From positions 1 through 64,000 of IMG/VR virus record IMGVR_UViG_3300002143_000172: a stretch of 64,000 nucleotides of DNA; one strand, given 5' to 3'. This stretch comes from a virus. The notes below the pieces were generated by a model that ran no database searches, had not been told where the DNA came from, and saw only the letters and a program-made list of their open reading frames with translations. The translations under genes were made by a program, and so were the position numbers. Below, in pieces: positions 63,573 to 64,000 of the stretch; position 1 is the stretch's first letter, and every line of letters starts with the position of its first letter.

Positions 63573-64000
63573 ATTCCTTCATCATGCGTATTGCCCAATC
63601 GAAGGCTATGTTAGCTTCATCTCCCATGCTGTCGTTTAACTTAGCACGGATGTTGGTCATCAAAGTTTTTGTATCTTCAAATTCTAAAGCACGGTGACTG
63701 CCTGGAACAATTTTCTTAATCATCTGTCCACCAAACATATCACCCATGTGCCATGTGTATAGATGCGCCATTACCTTATTGGGGTCTTTACTAATACTCA
63801 ATAGATAATTATGATAATCTTGTACCACGGGTCTATAATCTGGACGAGTTTGATCTTTGGACATTTCGCAGTAGTCTTGATAGATGTAGTATGTTCTACG
63901 AAGATCTGGAAGATCATTTAGAAGTCCACAGGCACCGGCAGCGCCTTCTATCGTTCCATAGAACAATGTTTTTTGATATGTCCAATCTACCCACAAACTA
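63550..64000 (-). CDS. heme oxygenase (5'-truncated by window)
   Basis: AHLYTWHMGDMFGGQMIKK, EANIAF. Confidence 0.9.
   Translation of the reverse strand, partial: SLWVDWTYQKTLFYGTIEGAAGACGLLNDLPDLRRTYYIYQDYCEMSKDQTRPDYRPVVQDYHNYLLSISKDPNKVMAHLYTWHMGDMFGGQMIKKIVPGSHRALEFEDTKTLMTNIRAKLNDSMGDEANIAFDWAIRMMKEYDNELVV

Noticed and set aside
211-63697. Antisense ORFs inside long genes (e.g. 804-1445, 10402-10950, 29287-29883, 54576-55166, 58316-58885)
   Set aside because: Opposite-strand shadows of well-supported genes, without SD or motifs.

Overview
AT-rich window from a large (jumbo-like) dsDNA tailed phage, standard genetic code. Left (1-11.7 kb, - strand): small phage ORFs plus YccA/BI-1, MazG-like, FolE, UDP-glucose dehydrogenase and carbamoyltransferase. 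11.7-28.3 kb: accessory island of TctA/TctC transporter, 2OG-Fe(II) oxygenases, methyltransferases and P-loop/sulfotransferase-like paralogues. 28.7-45.2 kb (- strand): about 34 tRNA genes covering all 20 amino acids, several non-canonical and one with a group I intron. They are mixed with pseudo-tRNAs, four HNH endonucleases, RpoZ, a kinase/phosphatase/phosphoesterase/TROVE-like (DUF2828) block and many unannotated structured RNAs. Three candidate regulatory elements in this locus stand out. (1) Tandem consensus sigma70 promoters feed a 43-codon leader peptide that contains all 20 amino acids and overlaps an antiterminator/terminator pair at the head of the array. (2) A MKRGKR mini-ORF is followed by a hairpin perfectly antisense (15 nt) to the junction of the two tRNA-Lys genes. 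(3) A five-copy covarying CAGCAA RNA family sits around the TROVE-like gene and in the array, and three copies carry anticodon-arm mimics. Right (45-64 kb): glycosyl/methyltransferases, CHASE2 cyclase, pho-box pstS, curli module (curlins, FecR, csgG, csgF), bilin reductase and heme oxygenase. Protein calls come from motif recognition only; no searches were run.
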